A DNA stretch of 64,000 nt from Vicugna vicugna (taxonomy: Eukaryota): the NCBI GenBank assembly GCA_013265495.1, contig MU058213.1, forward strand, positions 7,022,066 through 7,086,065, written 5' to 3'. The position numbers and the translations under genes are program-made. The stretch's first letter is position 1; each line of letters starts with the position of its first letter. Shown here piece by piece: positions 63,171-64,000 of this stretch. A model generated the notes under the pieces. It was given only the letters and a program-made list of their open reading frames with translations. It ran no database searches and was not told where the DNA came from.

Positions 63171-63639
63171 GGGGCATCCAGCCATAATCACCAGGCCCGC
63201 CTGGCTTCAGACCCTGGGAGGCAGTTTCACACCCACAGAGAGCAGGGGAGACCAGGTGCACACTGGGAAGTCAAGAGACTTGGGGAGGAGGCAGAGGAGA
63301 ATTCCAGGGCACTGGGAAGTAAGTATTTTTGTTTCATCTATACGTTTGGGTAGCACTGCAGAAGAACAGCCGGAGTGAGGGATTAACTGGGAGTGAGGGG
63401 TTAACTCAGAGGAAGGCTTCCCAGCCAGCGGTAGAGCATAAGCAGCAGGGCTCCCCTGGGAACAGGCTGTATTTGAGGGGTCATCTGTTCTCAGAACTAA
63501 ACAGCACACAGGGACAGAAACAGACCAGGAGTCAGCGAGACTTCTCCGCTCACCACTAAAATTCCAGAGCTCAAAAATATCCATCCACAGATTCAATGAA
63601 CTTCCCAAAACTTGCTTTCTTCAGTGGTGGGGAGTAAAA

Positions 63640-63735
63640 AAGATGTCTAACTAGGATTTGGAAGATGGGGTTCAAATTCCTGTTCAACTGTCACTGGCTG
63701 TGTGTCTTCAAGCAAAGCTAAACCTTTCTGAGAGG
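63640..63735 (+). mobile_element. MIR fragment
   Basis: ggggttcaaattcctgttcaactgtcactggctgtgtgtcttcaagcaa. Confidence 0.6.
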
Positions 63736-64000
63736 CTAATGTGGTAAATGAAAAATCAAAATTTTAAAAAGTACTGGACTCCAAATCACTGCAGCCAAGT
63801 CACAGCGGAGCCTTACACAGATCAGCTTATAATGGCACCTTCGTCACAGAGCTGCAGGCCAGGGGGTCACAGGTGCCAAGGCTATGTAAAATGACAGCAT
63901 TTGCCTTCACCCGAAAAAAAGAGGGAGTCAAACCAGGAGGTCCTTCCAAACGCAACACAGACGCCTACGCTGAGAAAAGCCCACATTGGGATTAATGCCC

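Noticed and set aside
1..64000. CRISPR array, prokaryotic operon, NUMT, ERV internal genes or processed pseudogene of a known protein
   Set aside because: No regularly spaced repeats, no gene-dense tract, and no mitochondrial, gag/pol/env or known-protein motifs recognised; LTRs are solo.

Overview
Mammalian non-coding DNA, most likely camelid (alpaca/camel). That call rests on seven tRNA-derived SINEs of the Vic-1 type and cetartiodactyl-type L1 3' ends. I recognise no protein-coding exon, RNA gene, CpG island or CRISPR-like array. The ORF track is L1/HAL1/CR1 debris plus chance ORFs. A large share of the window is interspersed repeat: L1 (several ages, nested), L2, MIR, CR1/L3, MaLR solo LTRs and Tigger/hAT MITEs. 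Repeat-free tracts between them look like conserved enhancers. Repeat orientation and an apparent A>T skew suggest the interior of a large minus-strand intron, but the gene cannot be named. The most unusual signals are retrotransposition products with visible target-site duplications (TSDs): (i) a 344-bp element joining the extreme 5' end of an L1 directly to its 3' end inside one TSD (51850-52193); (ii) a polyadenylated ~625-bp retrocopy of ancient-repeat DNA (orphan transduction-like) sharing a target site with a second L1 insertion (36929-37926); (iii) a short 3' transduction, a twin-priming inversion, a tail-less internal ORF2 capture and several nested insertions. Repeat family names come from recall of consensus sequences, not from a search, and boundaries of old repeats are approximate.
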